Notes: a model not told the origin generated them from the letters alone. A DNA stretch of 64,000 nt from an uncultured Acidimicrobiia bacterium (GCA_963847815.1 CAWKBF010000001.1:213202-277201), one strand, 5' to 3'; shown: positions 53,953 through 63,456, counted from the first letter of the stretch. Made by a program: numbers and translations.

Positions 53953-55205
53953 GCTGGACGGGTGCCGCGGCTTCGCTGCGCGCCGCTCTCTTCGGGGACG
54001 TTGCGGTAGAAACCGAGGAGCAGGAGGTCGTAGCTGATCTTCACCACCCCGGCGATGAGGAGTGGCCACCCGAACGTCGAATGGGTCAGCAGGACACCGG
54101 CGAGCAGGGGAGTGGCGGCCGAGGCGAGGCTGCGGGGCACGTTCGTGACGCTCGATGCCGCGGCCCGTTCCTCGGCCGGGACGACGGCCATCACGAACGA
54201 CTGCCGCGCGGGGACGTCCATCTGTGCGAACAGCGATCGGATCAGGAGCAGTGCAACCGCGATCTCGCCGGTCGGCGCGAACGCCGCGAGCGCGAGCAGC
54301 GCGTTGGCGGGCATGTGCGTGAAGACCATCGTGCGGACGAGTCCGAACCGCTGCGCCATTCGAGGCGCGAGGAGCTGGGAACAGCCACCGAGCACCCCGG
54401 CGGCGAAGAAGACGGCGCCGGTCTGCCCGGCGGACAGGTCGAAGCGGAGGTGGAGCCACAGCACCAGGAGGGAGGTGACGACGAGGCCGCTGCCGGCCGA
54501 GTCGAGGCTGAACAATCCGGCCAGCTCGAACACGGTGCGGCGTGACGTCCGGAGCACACCCCGGCGTTGCGCGGCGGAGACGGTCGTCAACGGCTCGCGG
54601 TCCTCGTGCAGCTTCCGGTAGATGAAGAAGATGGCCGCGCCGGCGATCGCGTAGATGAGGAACGACGCGCGCTGGGTGTCGGTCACGTCCCAGTCGAGTC
54701 CGTGCGCCAATGCTTCGGGTGCGACCGAGACGAGCGCGCCGACGGCGCCGGCGAAGATGGCGAACAAGTTGTAGACCGCGAAGAGCCGGGGTCGGTGCGG
54801 CGTGTCGACGAGACCCGCGACGAGGGCCTGTTCGGTCGGGAGGAAGACGCTCACATCACCCGCGGACGGGTTGAGGGTCCCGACGACGGCGACGATGAAC
54901 AGCGGCCAGAACCAGACGATGCTTGCGAAGCCGAGACCCGTCGCAACCATGATCCCGGTGGCCGCGAGCAGCAGCGTGCGGAGCGGGAACCGGTGGGTCG
55001 TGAAGCCGAAGCCGAGGGTGAGGACCGCCGAGCCGATGAGGGTGCCGGTGACGATCGCGCCCACTTCGACCGGTGAGAAGCCGAGCCCGGTGAGGTATTG
55101 CGCGAGCAGGACGCTGACGAACCCGTCCGCGAACCCCCGGATCGTGCGGCCGGCGACGATCCGGCCGACGTCCGGTGACGAAGAGGGCGGCAGCAGGCGC
55201 GGCAT
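53949..55205 (-). CDS. MFS transporter
   Basis: Intact 418-aa ORF with 12 predicted hydrophobic helices and an MFS-type loop (GRTIRGFADGF, VRTMVFTH). It is the longest unbroken gene in the window. Confidence 0.85.
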   Translation of the reverse strand: MPRLLPPSSSPDVGRIVAGRTIRGFADGFVSVLLAQYLTGLGFSPVEVGAIVTGTLIGSAVLTLGFGFTTHRFPLRTLLLAATGIMVATGLGFASIVWFWPLFIVAVVGTLNPSAGDVSVFLPTEQALVAGLVDTPHRPRLFAVYNLFAIFAGAVGALVSVAPEALAHGLDWDVTDTQRASFLIYAIAGAAIFFIYRKLHEDREPLTTVSAAQRRGVLRTSRRTVFELAGLFSLDSAGSGLVVTSLLVLWLHLRFDLSAGQTGAVFFAAGVLGGCSQLLAPRMAQRFGLVRTMVFTHMPANALLALAAFAPTGEIAVALLLIRSLFAQMDVPARQSFVMAVVPAEERAAASSVTNVPRSLASAATPLLAGVLLTHSTFGWPLLIAGVVKISYDLLLLGFYRNVPEESGAQRSRGTRPA

Positions 55206-55235
55206 GACCCCCCGACCCTAGGGCTGGACCGGGTC

Positions 55236-55677
55236 TACAGGAGCTTGCGGTACCAGAGCGCCGCGTCGCCGGCGGGGTAGTCGTCGACCCGCCCGACGAG
55301 CTCGTAGCCGCGGCGGCTCCAGCGCTCGCCATTCGCGCCCGCGTTCGCCGCGTGGGTGAAGAGCACGACCTGCGTGCAGCCTCGGCGCGCGGCTTCGGCC
55401 TCGGCCGCGTCGAGCAGCTGGGTGGCCAGGCCGTGACCGCGCTCGGCCTCGTCGACCCAGAGGTGCTGGAGCTCGCAGCACCCGGCCCACGTCCAGCCGT
55501 AGACCCCGGCGCGGATCGCGGATCCACCTCACCGTCCTGCGCACCCCGGACGAAGATCGCGAGCTGGCGCTCGGCTTCGGCACCGTGACCGGTCGCCTCG
55601 GCGTTCTGGCGTGCGACCTGCGCCTCGAGCATCGCGACGTCGTCGGGGTTCGGATCGTCCTCGACGACGAGCTTCAC
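55236..55677 (-). CDS. GNAT family N-acetyltransferase (frame broken once)
   Basis: MKLVVEDDPNPDDVAMLEAQVARQNAEATG...LAIFVRGAQDGE then GGSAIRAGVYGWTWAGCCELQHLWVDEAERGHGLATQLLDAAEAEAARRGCTQVVLFTH...YRKLL* (TAG 55236-38). Acetyl-CoA motif R-G-x-G-x-A. Switch near 55525. Confidence 0.75.
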
Positions 55678-55692
55678 GGAGGGGAGTGGTTG

Positions 55693-56115
55693 CTACTCGC
55701 TGAAGAGGAGCTGCTCGAGCAGTGCCGCGTCGTCGAAGTAGTTGCGGAAGGCGCAGATCTGGTCGCCGCGGAACTCTGCGAACGTGGCGCCGGCCAGCAC
55801 GATTCGGTTGCCCGTCGGTTCGACGCTCAGGTCGTCGCCCACTTCGAGCGTGCCCGTGTGGTCCGCGCCGATGCGCCACTCGGCGATCGCGTTGTCGCCC
55901 ACGATGTAGATGGCGTCGAACGAGATCACGATGTTCGAGAGCACGTCGTGACGGTCACCGAACTCCCCGGCGAGCTCGGCACGGGAGCTGACCGACAGGT
56001 TGGGGGACCAGCCGACGACATCCTCGGTGAAGGTCTCGTCGAGCTTGCTCTCGTCGCCCGTGACCGCGGCCTCGAGGGCCTGGATGAGGACGGTCTCCTT
56101 GGTAGCCGTAGGCAC
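55693..56115 (-). CDS. NTF2-fold (SnoaL-like) protein
   Basis: Intact 140-aa ORF. ...FTEDVVGWSPNLSVSSRAELAGEF...AIAEWRIGADHTG...IVLAGATFAEFRGDQICAFRNYFD matches the SnoaL/NTF2-like pattern. Confidence 0.7.
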   Translation of the reverse strand: MPTATKETVLIQALEAAVTGDESKLDETFTEDVVGWSPNLSVSSRAELAGEFGDRHDVLSNIVISFDAIYIVGDNAIAEWRIGADHTGTLEVGDDLSVEPTGNRIVLAGATFAEFRGDQICAFRNYFDDAALLEQLLFSE

Positions 56116-56210
56116 GACTGACTCCCTTGTGTGCTTGCCCGTCTCGGGACTTGGTGGAACCGGAATGTGTGGTGGCCCCGGAGAACCCTGGTTCCTCCGG
56201 AGGGGTTGGT

Positions 56211-56513
56211 TCAGATCCCGAGGAGCTTGGCCTTCGCGGCGGTGAACTCTTCGTCGGTGAGCACGCCGGAGTTGTGGAACTGGACCAGCTGGTCGAGGTC
56301 CGCGGTCGCGCCGCTCGGTGCGGGCGGGGTCGGCGGTGCGTAGGCCGGTGCAGGGGGTGCCTGCTGCTGCGTCGCGGCGTAGGCGGCCTGGGCCTGCTCG
56401 TTGGTCTGGGCCTGCTGCTCGCCCTTCTTGCCCATGTGGTAGGCGGTTCCCGCGACGGCGGCACCTGCGGCCACTCGCATCAGCGGACGGCGACGGCGCA
56501 TCATCAATCCCAT
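56211..56513 (-). CDS. SHOCT domain protein
   Basis: Intact 100-aa ORF with an N-terminal hydrophobic segment, a Gln/Ala/Pro-rich linker, and the C-terminal SHOCT motif LVQFHNSGVLTDEEFTAAKAKLLGI. Confidence 0.8.
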   Translation of the reverse strand: MGLMMRRRRPLMRVAAGAAVAGTAYHMGKKGEQQAQTNEQAQAAYAATQQQAPPAPAYAPPTPPAPSGATADLDQLVQFHNSGVLTDEEFTAAKAKLLGI

Positions 56514-56626
56514 GTGGATCTCCTGAGATCGTGCCCGGCAGCCCGGGCGGTGCAGTCAGACTCGGCCCGGGTCACGCTAGACCCGATCGCATGCACGCAT
56601 GCAAGCACCCCTGACGCCCGGCGTCG

Positions 56627-56643
56627 TCATCCGCATCGGATGA
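56627..56643. terminator. short hairpin downstream of the dodecin gene
   Basis: TCATCCG-CAT-CGGATGA (7-bp perfect arms) lies 15 nt beyond the dodecin stop on the minus strand. No U-tract. Confidence 0.3.
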
Positions 56644-56657
56644 AACCGGCACGTCGG

Positions 56658-56870
56658 TCACTCGTCGTCGAGGCGGAAGCCGACCTTCATCGTGACCTGG
56701 AAGTGCTTGACCGCGCCGTCGGCGAGGTGGCCCCGGATGTCGGTGACCTCGAACCAGTCCAGGTTGCGGAGCGTGGTCGCGGCTCGGTCGACGCCGTTGC
56801 GCACGGCCTGGTCGATGCCGTCTTCTGACGTCCCGACGATCTCGGCGATCTTGTAGGTGTGGTCGGCCAT
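56658..56870 (-). CDS. dodecin family flavin-binding protein
   Basis: MADHTYKIAEIVGTSEDGIDQAVRNGVDRAATTLRNLDWFEVTDIRGHLADGAVKHFQVTMKVGFRLDDE (70 aa, internal ATG of ORF 56658..56999) is a textbook dodecin pattern. Confidence 0.85.
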   Translation of the reverse strand: MADHTYKIAEIVGTSEDGIDQAVRNGVDRAATTLRNLDWFEVTDIRGHLADGAVKHFQVTMKVGFRLDDE

Positions 56871-57028
56871 CCGGGCGCGCTCCCTCTGCTTGGGTTGGTG
56901 GTGGTTCGGATCACTTGGATAGCACGCGGCACCAGGCCACGGAGAGGGCACGTCGGGGTGTCGCGTGTGCAGGTGCGCGATCCGGGGGACACTGGGCACA
57001 GGACGGGGTCCAAGACCCAGGAGGTCGA

Positions 57029-57427
57029 ATGGCCGGTTTGCCGTACGTGATCACCGAGGCGTGCATCGACGTGAAGGACCGGGCGTGCGTCGACGTGTGT
57101 CCGGTCCAGTGCATCTACGAGCTCGACGAAGCGGCGCTTTCGTTGCAATCCGAGTACGAAGCCGGTGCGGGAGAGGTGGCCAACACCCACGCCGCGAACC
57201 CGGACTTCGCGAGCTACTTCGGGGCGAGCGTCCTCTACATCAACCCCGACGAGTGCACCTCGTGCACCGCGTGCCTGCCTGCGTGCCCGGTGGGGGCGAT
57301 CTACACGGAGGACGACGTGCCCGACGGCACCGCGCACAAGCCCCACAACAAGGACGACCCCTGGAAGGACAACGACGAGACCTTCTTCGTCGAGCTGAAC
57401 AAGAAGATCTTCTCCGACGCTATGTAG
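57029..57427 (+). CDS. fdxA: 7Fe-type (3Fe-4S/4Fe-4S) ferredoxin with an unusual ~35-residue insertion
   Basis: ATG 57029 follows GGAGG. MAGLPYVITEACIDVKDRACVDVCPVQCIYE ... LYINPDECTSCTACLPACPVGAIYTEDDVP matches FdxA cluster ligands, but the two halves are separated by LDEAALSLQSEYEAGAGEVANTHAANPDFASYFGASV. Confidence 0.8.
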   Translation: MAGLPYVITEACIDVKDRACVDVCPVQCIYELDEAALSLQSEYEAGAGEVANTHAANPDFASYFGASVLYINPDECTSCTACLPACPVGAIYTEDDVPDGTAHKPHNKDDPWKDNDETFFVELNKKIFSDAM

Positions 57428-58685
57428 AACGCCGGTGCTGGTGGAGGATCACGCGGTGGCCGCGGTCCCACTTGAAGTAGTTGAACGTCCAGTTGACGAG
57501 CACGACGATCCGGTTGCGGAAGCCGATCAGGAACACCAGGTGGAGACCCAGCCAGCTGAGCCAGCCGAGGGTGCCCCACATCCGGATGTGCAACGGGAGC
57601 TCGGCCACTGCGGACCGTCGGCCGATCGTCGCCATCGTTCCCTTGTCGATGTAGTGGAACGGGCGCGTCTGCTTGCCGTGCAATCGTCGGACGATGTTGC
57701 GCGCGGTGTGGCGCCCGGCTTGCATGGCCACGGGTGCGAGCTGCGGGTACACCTGACCGTTGTGTCCCGTTCGCCGCGGCGAGGTCGCCGATCACGAAGA
57801 CCTCAGGGTGGCTCGGCACCGTGAGGTCGTGGCCGACCTCGATCTCGCCGCGCTTGGTCGTCGCGAGGCCGAGGCTCGCAGCGAGTGGGTTGGCCTTCAC
57901 GCCCGCGGCCCAGATCACGGTGTGGGCCGGGATGGTGGTCCCGTCTCCGAGGTGGACGTCGGTGGCATCGACCGACGCGATCGAGGTGCCGAGCCGGATC
58001 TCGACGCCCCGCGCCTCGAGCTCGACGACGGCTTCCAGCTGGGACTTGGATGAGAACGCGCCGAGCAGGTGGTCGGTCATCTCGACGAGCACGACCCGGG
58101 CCCGGCTCACGTCGAGGTGCTTGAAGTCCTTCGCCAGCACCTTGTCGAACAGCTCCGCGAGCGCGCCGCTGAGCTCGACCCCGGTCGGGCCGCCGCCGGC
58201 GACCACGAAAGTGAGGCAGCCGTCGTCGATGAGCGACGAGATCGGCGTTGGCCGCCTCGAACTGGCGGAGCACCGCGCTGCGCAGCCGGGTGGCGTCGTC
58301 GAGGGTCTTGAGCGGGATGGCGTGCTCGGCGACCCCGGGGACACCGAAGTCACTGCTGACCGCGCCGGCGGCGAGGATGAGGGTGTCATAGGGGAGCGGG
58401 GGGCCCTCGTCCACGATGACCTCCCGCCGGTCGAAGTCGATGCCGGTGACCGTCGCCATGCCGCACCTCGACGTTGACGTCATCCTGCACGATGCCGCGC
58501 AGGTTCGGTGCGATGTCGTCGGGCGCGAGACCTGCCGTTGCGACTTGGTAGAGGAGCGGCGAGAAGGTGTGGAAGTTGTGCTTGTCGACGATCGTCACGT
58601 CGACCGGTGCGTCGGCGAGCGCACGCGCGGCGCTGATGCCGCCGAACCCGGCGCCGACGATCACGACTCGTTGCTTGGTCTCCAT
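57420..58685 (-). CDS. ndh: type II NADH dehydrogenase (NDH-2) (frame broken about 3 times)
   Basis: METKQRVVIVGAGFGGISAA (FAD fold), FHTFSPLLYQVATAGL, LTFVVAGGGPTGVELSGALAEL (NADH fold), VIWAAGVKANPLA, VFVIGDLAA, and the C-terminal amphipathic/TM end ...WLSWLGLHLVFLIGFRNR.... Switches near 58440, 58250 and 57760. Confidence 0.85.
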
Positions 58686-58770
58686 GGTGTCCGCCTTCGT
58701 GGTCCGGAATTTCTGGATGCGGCTCGGCGTTCGCTTCGAGCTACGAGTACCGGGAAGGGAGTGGTGTGCG

Positions 58771-59284
58771 TCAGCCGGCGCGTCGCTCCACCAGGCCGCG
58801 GACGTAGGCGGCCTGCGCAGCGTGCGCGATGTCGTCGTCGATCACGCTGACGAGCCGGACGCCGAGGGTGACCGGTGGGTCCCAGCGCTCGTCGACGATC
58901 CGGTCGAGGTCATCGCCACCGATCGTCGCGAAGTAGGCGAGGGTCTGCGCGTGCACGGCGTCGTAGTAGCCGGTGAGCAGCGTCGGCCGCGACCTTCACC
59001 GCAGCGACTTCTTCGCTGGAGTGCCCGTACCCGGTGGCATCGACGGCGAAGGGGAGCGCGAACCGATCGGCCCATCCCTCGGTGTGCCAGACCTGCTCGG
59101 TGCCGGCAACGTCGGCGACGTGGTCGTCCTGGACGCGGGCGAGGTGCCAGACGAGCCACGCGATCGAGTTGGCCGCCGGATCAGCCCGGTAGGCGAGCTC
59201 GTCGGCGCTCAGGTCGCCGACCGCGTCGTGCACGGTGCTCTGCACCCGTCCGAGTGCTTCGATGAGGAGCTCGTTCGTGTTCAT
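58771..59284 (-). CDS. DinB-family (DinB_2 / mycothiol-transferase-like) protein (frame broken once)
   Basis: MNTNELLIEALGRVQSTVHDAVGDLSADELAYRADPAANSIAWLVWHLARVQDDHVADV (ORF 58910..59284) continues as ...YYDAVHAQTLAYFATIGGDDLDRIVDERWDPPVTLGVRLVSVIDDDIAHAAQAAYVRGL (ORF 58771..58956). Switch near 58975. Confidence 0.7.
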
Positions 59285-59365
59285 CGCCCGTCCTCTCGGT
59301 GTGTCTCAATTGTCAACCTCCTCGGGGGTGGCCGTGTGCCCAGTCTTGACGATGCGCGCGTGCGG

Positions 59366-59935
59366 TCACGGGGTCCAGCGGACCTTCGGCCGTTGGACCG
59401 GCTTGGTGCGCTCGCGGATCGCGCCGGTCCGGCGCACCAGCCAGAGCACGCCCGCGGTGATGAGCTCGAGGAGATAGAAGCCGAGCAGGAAGACGTACAC
59501 GATCGCGCCGCCGGCGAGGACGAGCAGCCCGGGCACGAGGACCAGCAGCACCAACCGCCAGATGTCGCTCGGGTGGTCGTGGAGGCGCGACTTCGCGAGC
59601 GAGACGATCCGCACCGCGGCCCACATCATCCAGCGGCGGAGAAATGGCACGTCGAGCTCCAACATGACCCGCCGGAAGATTCCGTCGGCATCGGAGCGGC
59701 TGATCCCGACCTCGTCGATGTGACGCCACAGGAAGTCGTGGAGGACCGCCGCCTTCGTGTACCGCCCGGATCTGGGGATCAGCCACTGGAACGCACCAGG
59801 CACCGATGCGAAGTCCGTCTCCGACCCCGCGGGGACGACGAACTCGTCTGTGTTGCCCTGGTACGTGAGTGGCTCGACCACCTTCCAGTCCAGATCCCCG
59901 ACCTGCTCCGCAACGAGTGCACTGGTGAACGGCAT
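59366..59935 (-). CDS. DUF1353 domain protein with C-terminal TM segments
   Basis: From MPFTSALVAEQ... : FVVPAGSETDFASVPGAFQWLIPRSGRYTKAAVLHDFLW...SRSDADGIF is the DUF1353 signature. This is followed by hydrophobic helices (LVLLVLVPGLLVLAGGAIVYVFLLGFYLLELITAGVLWLV). Intact. Confidence 0.8.
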   Translation of the reverse strand: MPFTSALVAEQVGDLDWKVVEPLTYQGNTDEFVVPAGSETDFASVPGAFQWLIPRSGRYTKAAVLHDFLWRHIDEVGISRSDADGIFRRVMLELDVPFLRRWMMWAAVRIVSLAKSRLHDHPSDIWRLVLLVLVPGLLVLAGGAIVYVFLLGFYLLELITAGVLWLVRRTGAIRERTKPVQRPKVRWTP

Positions 59936-60038
59936 GCACCAAGTCTCCCGCGCCACGGCCGGGTCCGGAACCCTCGTGTGGCGATCGGGTGCTGACGTGC
60001 GAGAGGCTGACGGCGTGATGGAAGGGGCGAACTAGGTC

Positions 60039-60956
60039 GTGTGGCTCGAGTGGCGGTGGGCAGTCGGCCTCGCGGTGGTGCTCGGTGCCACTGGGGTCGC
60101 GGCGCGGTGGTCGCCGGTGGCGTGGATCCGCAGTGCCGGCGCGTTCGCCCGTGAGGCCGCGGTGGTGCTCGGGCTCTACGCAGTCTGGAACTACGCGGGG
60201 AAGCAGTCGATCGTCCACATCAAGGACGCGTTCTCGAACGGTCGCTCCGTGTGGGACGTCGAGCGGTTCCTGCACCTTCCGAGCGAAGCCGATCTCGAGC
60301 ACGCGCTCATGCCGTACCGAAACGTCATGCGCGGGCTGAACGTCTACTACGCCGGCGCGCACGTTCCCACCGTGATCGCGTGCCTGGTGTTCGTCTTCGT
60401 GGTGCACCGCGCGAGCTACCCGAGCCTCCGCACGACCCTTGCGATCACCACCGGTGCGTGCCTGCTCGTGCAGCTCATTCCTGTCGCGCCGCCACGGATG
60501 TATCCGGGCCTCGGGTTCGTCGACGCGGGCGCAGTGTTCGGCCCGTCGGTCTACGGCAAGGTCGGGACCGGGATCTCGGACCAGCTCTCGGCGATGCCGT
60601 CGGTGCACGTCGCGTGGGCTGCGTGGGTGGCGCTCGCGGTGATCGTCGCCGGCACGAGCCGGTGGCGCTACTGGATCCTGGCCCACCCGGTCCTGACGGT
60701 CCTCGCGGTGACTGCGACCGCGAACCACTGGTGGCTCGACGGGGTCGTTGCGGTCGCGATCCTGTTCGCCGCCTGGGGGCTCGACCGCGCGACCCGCCCG
60801 GCCATCGCCCGCCGCCGGGCGCGGTGGGCACCGACGCGACCACGCGGCATTCGAGCCCGGTCCGCCGACGGTTCCGACGCCGGTCGAGGTCTGACGCCGC
60901 GGCTCTGCGAACGCCGCGCGACCTGGTCTGGAAGCGAGCCCGCCGGTCGGGCATGA
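60039..60956 (+). CDS. PAP2_3 (Aur1/Ipt1-like inositolphosphotransferase-type) membrane protein
   Basis: Intact 305-aa multi-TM ORF. LVQLIPVAPPRM...DQLSAMPSVHVAWAAWVAL...ANHWWLDGVVAV fits the PAP2_3 acid-phosphatase-like motif set. Arg-rich C-terminal tail. Confidence 0.7.
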   Translation: MWLEWRWAVGLAVVLGATGVAARWSPVAWIRSAGAFAREAAVVLGLYAVWNYAGKQSIVHIKDAFSNGRSVWDVERFLHLPSEADLEHALMPYRNVMRGLNVYYAGAHVPTVIACLVFVFVVHRASYPSLRTTLAITTGACLLVQLIPVAPPRMYPGLGFVDAGAVFGPSVYGKVGTGISDQLSAMPSVHVAWAAWVALAVIVAGTSRWRYWILAHPVLTVLAVTATANHWWLDGVVAVAILFAAWGLDRATRPAIARRRARWAPTRPRGIRARSADGSDAGRGLTPRLCERRATWSGSEPAGRA

Positions 60957-60963
60957 TTCGGAC

Positions 60964-61377
60964 ATGTCTGAGAACTTGGCGCTCCTGGCCGAATACAGCG
61001 ATGCGATGTTCGCCGGTGACGAGCAGGCCGTCTTCAAGTACTGGTCCGACGACTTCGAGAGCCACGTGACCCGGCGGGTCAATCCCGACATGGTCGGCGC
61101 CGACGTGCGTGGCGAAGAGATCAAGTGGTGGGCCGCGGTGCGCAGCGCGTTCCCCGACTTCGTGTTCACCGTGGATCTCCTCATCGAGTCCGACGACATC
61201 ATCGTGTCGAACTGGACCGTGAAGGGCACCCACACGGGCACCGCGTTCTACGACGTCGACCCCTCCGGTGAGCCGATCGAGATCAACGGCACCGCGATCC
61301 TCCGCATGCGCGACGGTCAGGTCGTCGAGCACTGGGGCGGACCTCACTGCCAGGACGGCCTCGGCCTCCACCGCTGA
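60964..61377 (+). CDS. SnoaL-like ester/polyketide cyclase family protein
   Basis: Intact 137-aa ORF. ...YWSDDFESHVT...WWAAVRSAFPDFVFTVDLLIESDDIIVSNWTVKGTHTGTAFY...INGTAILRMRDGQVVEHWG is the ester-cyclase pattern. Confidence 0.75.
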   Translation: MSENLALLAEYSDAMFAGDEQAVFKYWSDDFESHVTRRVNPDMVGADVRGEEIKWWAAVRSAFPDFVFTVDLLIESDDIIVSNWTVKGTHTGTAFYDVDPSGEPIEINGTAILRMRDGQVVEHWGGPHCQDGLGLHR

Positions 61378-61403
61378 GCTCCACGACACCCTCACCCGCG
61401 TGG

Positions 61404-62337
61404 TCATGCTGCGCGGCCGATCGCGTCGGGTTGTGTCGAGCGCGCGTTTGCCGGACTCGGGATCGGGCGGGCCGAGGATCCAGCCCGAGGATTTTCGCGC
61501 GTGGTGGATCGAACAGAGCCAGGTGAGGTTCCAGAACGCGGTGGGACCGTCGTACGCGTGGTCGATCTCGCAATGGTCCCGCTCGAGGTATTCGCGCCCG
61601 GCGCACCCTTCGATCGAGCATTCACGGCCGGAGACGATGAGCGCGGTCTGCACCTCGGCGGGAACGTGGCGGCCAAGGTGCGCGACGGTTGAGATGTCCT
61701 TGCCGTTCGTGACGACTGCGGTGAGGAACGCTTCGCCGAGGAGGCTACGAACCCATTCGACGTTGACTGGTCCGACCCCGGGGATCTCGCAGGTCTCCCC
61801 GGGAGAGTGTTGGCCGCGGAGGAGCGCTTCGTGGTCGATGAGGATGTGGGCGGTCCAGGCGACCGACTTCGTGTCCGCCGGGTCACCAAGCATCCGACCC
61901 GCGCACGCATCCGCGGCATACGCGTCCTGTGATCCTGGACCCCACCCGACCGAGCGTCACGGAAGCTTCGGCGAGTCCCGTCCTCGATGACGGCCTTGAT
62001 TGCTCCGCCAACTTCGGGCGTCACCTTGAAGTGCCCTTCGACGCGGCCTTCAACAGCGACTTCTCGACCGCCGGATCGTCGGTAGCCGTCGCCGCGATCA
62101 GCGCCGCACTCCGACCAGGCGCGCGCCGAGCTCAGCCGCGCTGCGATCGGTGCCGTAGGTGTGCGCCGCGGTGTGGTCGACCCGCTTGAGGGACTTCGCG
62201 AGCGTCCCGTCGATCAACTTACGGTGCTTGCCGAGCTCTGTGACCAACGCGATCGCCTCGTCGCCGCTGCACGCGCTCGGATCGAAGCAGCCGGCGGCCG
62301 TTTCGAGAGCGCTTCCTGCGGTTCGAAGATCGTCCAT
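61404..62337 (-). CDS. DUF222 + HNH endonuclease (REP13E12-type) protein (frame broken about 4 times; shorter than usual)
   Basis: ATG 62337 gives MDDLRTAGSALETAAGCFDPSACSGDEAIALVTELGKHRKLIDG (DUF222 start). The HNH end in ORF 60475..61893 is ...CSIEGCAGREYLERDHCEIDHAYDGPTAFWNLTWLCSIHHARK. The stop is probably 61404-06 after a late switch. Confidence 0.7.
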
Positions 62338-62638
62338 GATCACTCCCTCATCGTGACAGCAGGGTGGGAAAGCTACGTCGGGGGGTGACAAGGCGTGCTC
62401 GTGGTTGTCCGGCCCGGATCGGCGCGACATGACGAGACCGGAGTGACATGACCGCACGAAGTGCGACGTTGTGCAACGAGCGCCGCGGCCGTGCCGAGGA
62501 GCGCAAGAACGTCGTGAGCCGATTCCGTCTGCACGTCGAGACTCTGCCGCAGCCGGGGCGCGCGGACATTCCCTGATCCGCATGGTGGACTTCAGCCGAA
62601 TCGCTGGAGCGACAGCACCACCTCGAGGGAGCACGAAC

Positions 62639-63370
62639 ATGAGTGACGACGCGCCGTTGGAACCGATCAGCCCGGAGCCGGAGCCCGTCGCCGCCTCCGA
62701 GCCGGCCACGACGCCCACTGCGGCCGCCGTCCCGACCGAGCCGGTTCCCGTGACCGCGAATGCGACCGGTTCCGAGGGCGTGCCGCCCACGTGGCCCGCG
62801 CCTGCGCCGGCTGCACCACCGCCGTCGGGGAGCTCGACGATCGCGGTGCCCAAGTGGCTCGTGCTCGTGCTCGGCGCGTTGCTGTTCGCGGTGCTCGGCT
62901 TCGGCATCGGTTATGCAGTTGCGCCGGGTGACGATCACAACGACCGCGCCGCGCTCCGCCCGCGCTCGGGGTTCGTCCCTCCGTTCAACAACAACGGTGG
63001 TGGCAGCGGGTCGGACAACCTGCCGACGCTGCCCTCACCGTCCCCCTCGCCGCAGACGGGCCGGAGCGCGTTCCTCGGCGTCGCGACGACCACCTCGACC
63101 GACCCGGAGGGCGCCAGGGTCGCGCGCGTCGTGGACGGCAGCCCGGCGGCGGAGGCGGGCCTGAAGGTCGACGACATCATCACCCATGTCGACGGGAAGA
63201 CCGTGAGCAGCCCGACGGAGCTGGCGACGGCCATCGGCGACCAGCGCGCGGGCGACAAGGTGACGGTCACCTACGTGCGCGACGGCGGCGGCAAGACCGT
63301 GGACGTCACGCTGAAGCTGCGCAACTCGTTCCAGATCCCGACGCCGAGCACCACCCGACCGCAGTCCTGA
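62639..63370 (+). CDS. membrane-anchored PDZ domain protein
   Basis: ATG 62639 follows GGGAG. Pro/Ala-rich N-terminus, one TM (WLVLVLGALLFAVLGFGIGYAV), a Gly/Ser linker, then PDZ (FLGVATTT...GARVARVVDGSPAAEAGLKVDDIITHVDGKTVSSPTELATAIGDQRAGDKVTVTYVRDG). No protease domain. Intact. Confidence 0.8.
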   Translation: MSDDAPLEPISPEPEPVAASEPATTPTAAAVPTEPVPVTANATGSEGVPPTWPAPAPAAPPPSGSSTIAVPKWLVLVLGALLFAVLGFGIGYAVAPGDDHNDRAALRPRSGFVPPFNNNGGGSGSDNLPTLPSPSPSPQTGRSAFLGVATTTSTDPEGARVARVVDGSPAAEAGLKVDDIITHVDGKTVSSPTELATAIGDQRAGDKVTVTYVRDGGGKTVDVTLKLRNSFQIPTPSTTRPQS

Positions 63371-63456
63371 TCTCAGTCCGGATCGCGGCCTGATCGCGTT
63401 CCTGATCGCGCCGACGGTCCGGGCCGACGTTCAGGGCCGACGGTCAGGGCCACCGC

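Noticed and set aside
59366-62337. Prophage or genomic island call based on DUF1353 and HNH endonuclease.
   Set aside because: There are no capsid, terminase, tail or integrase genes, no tRNA attachment site, and no obvious att repeats. It is kept only as a low-key remnant hypothesis.
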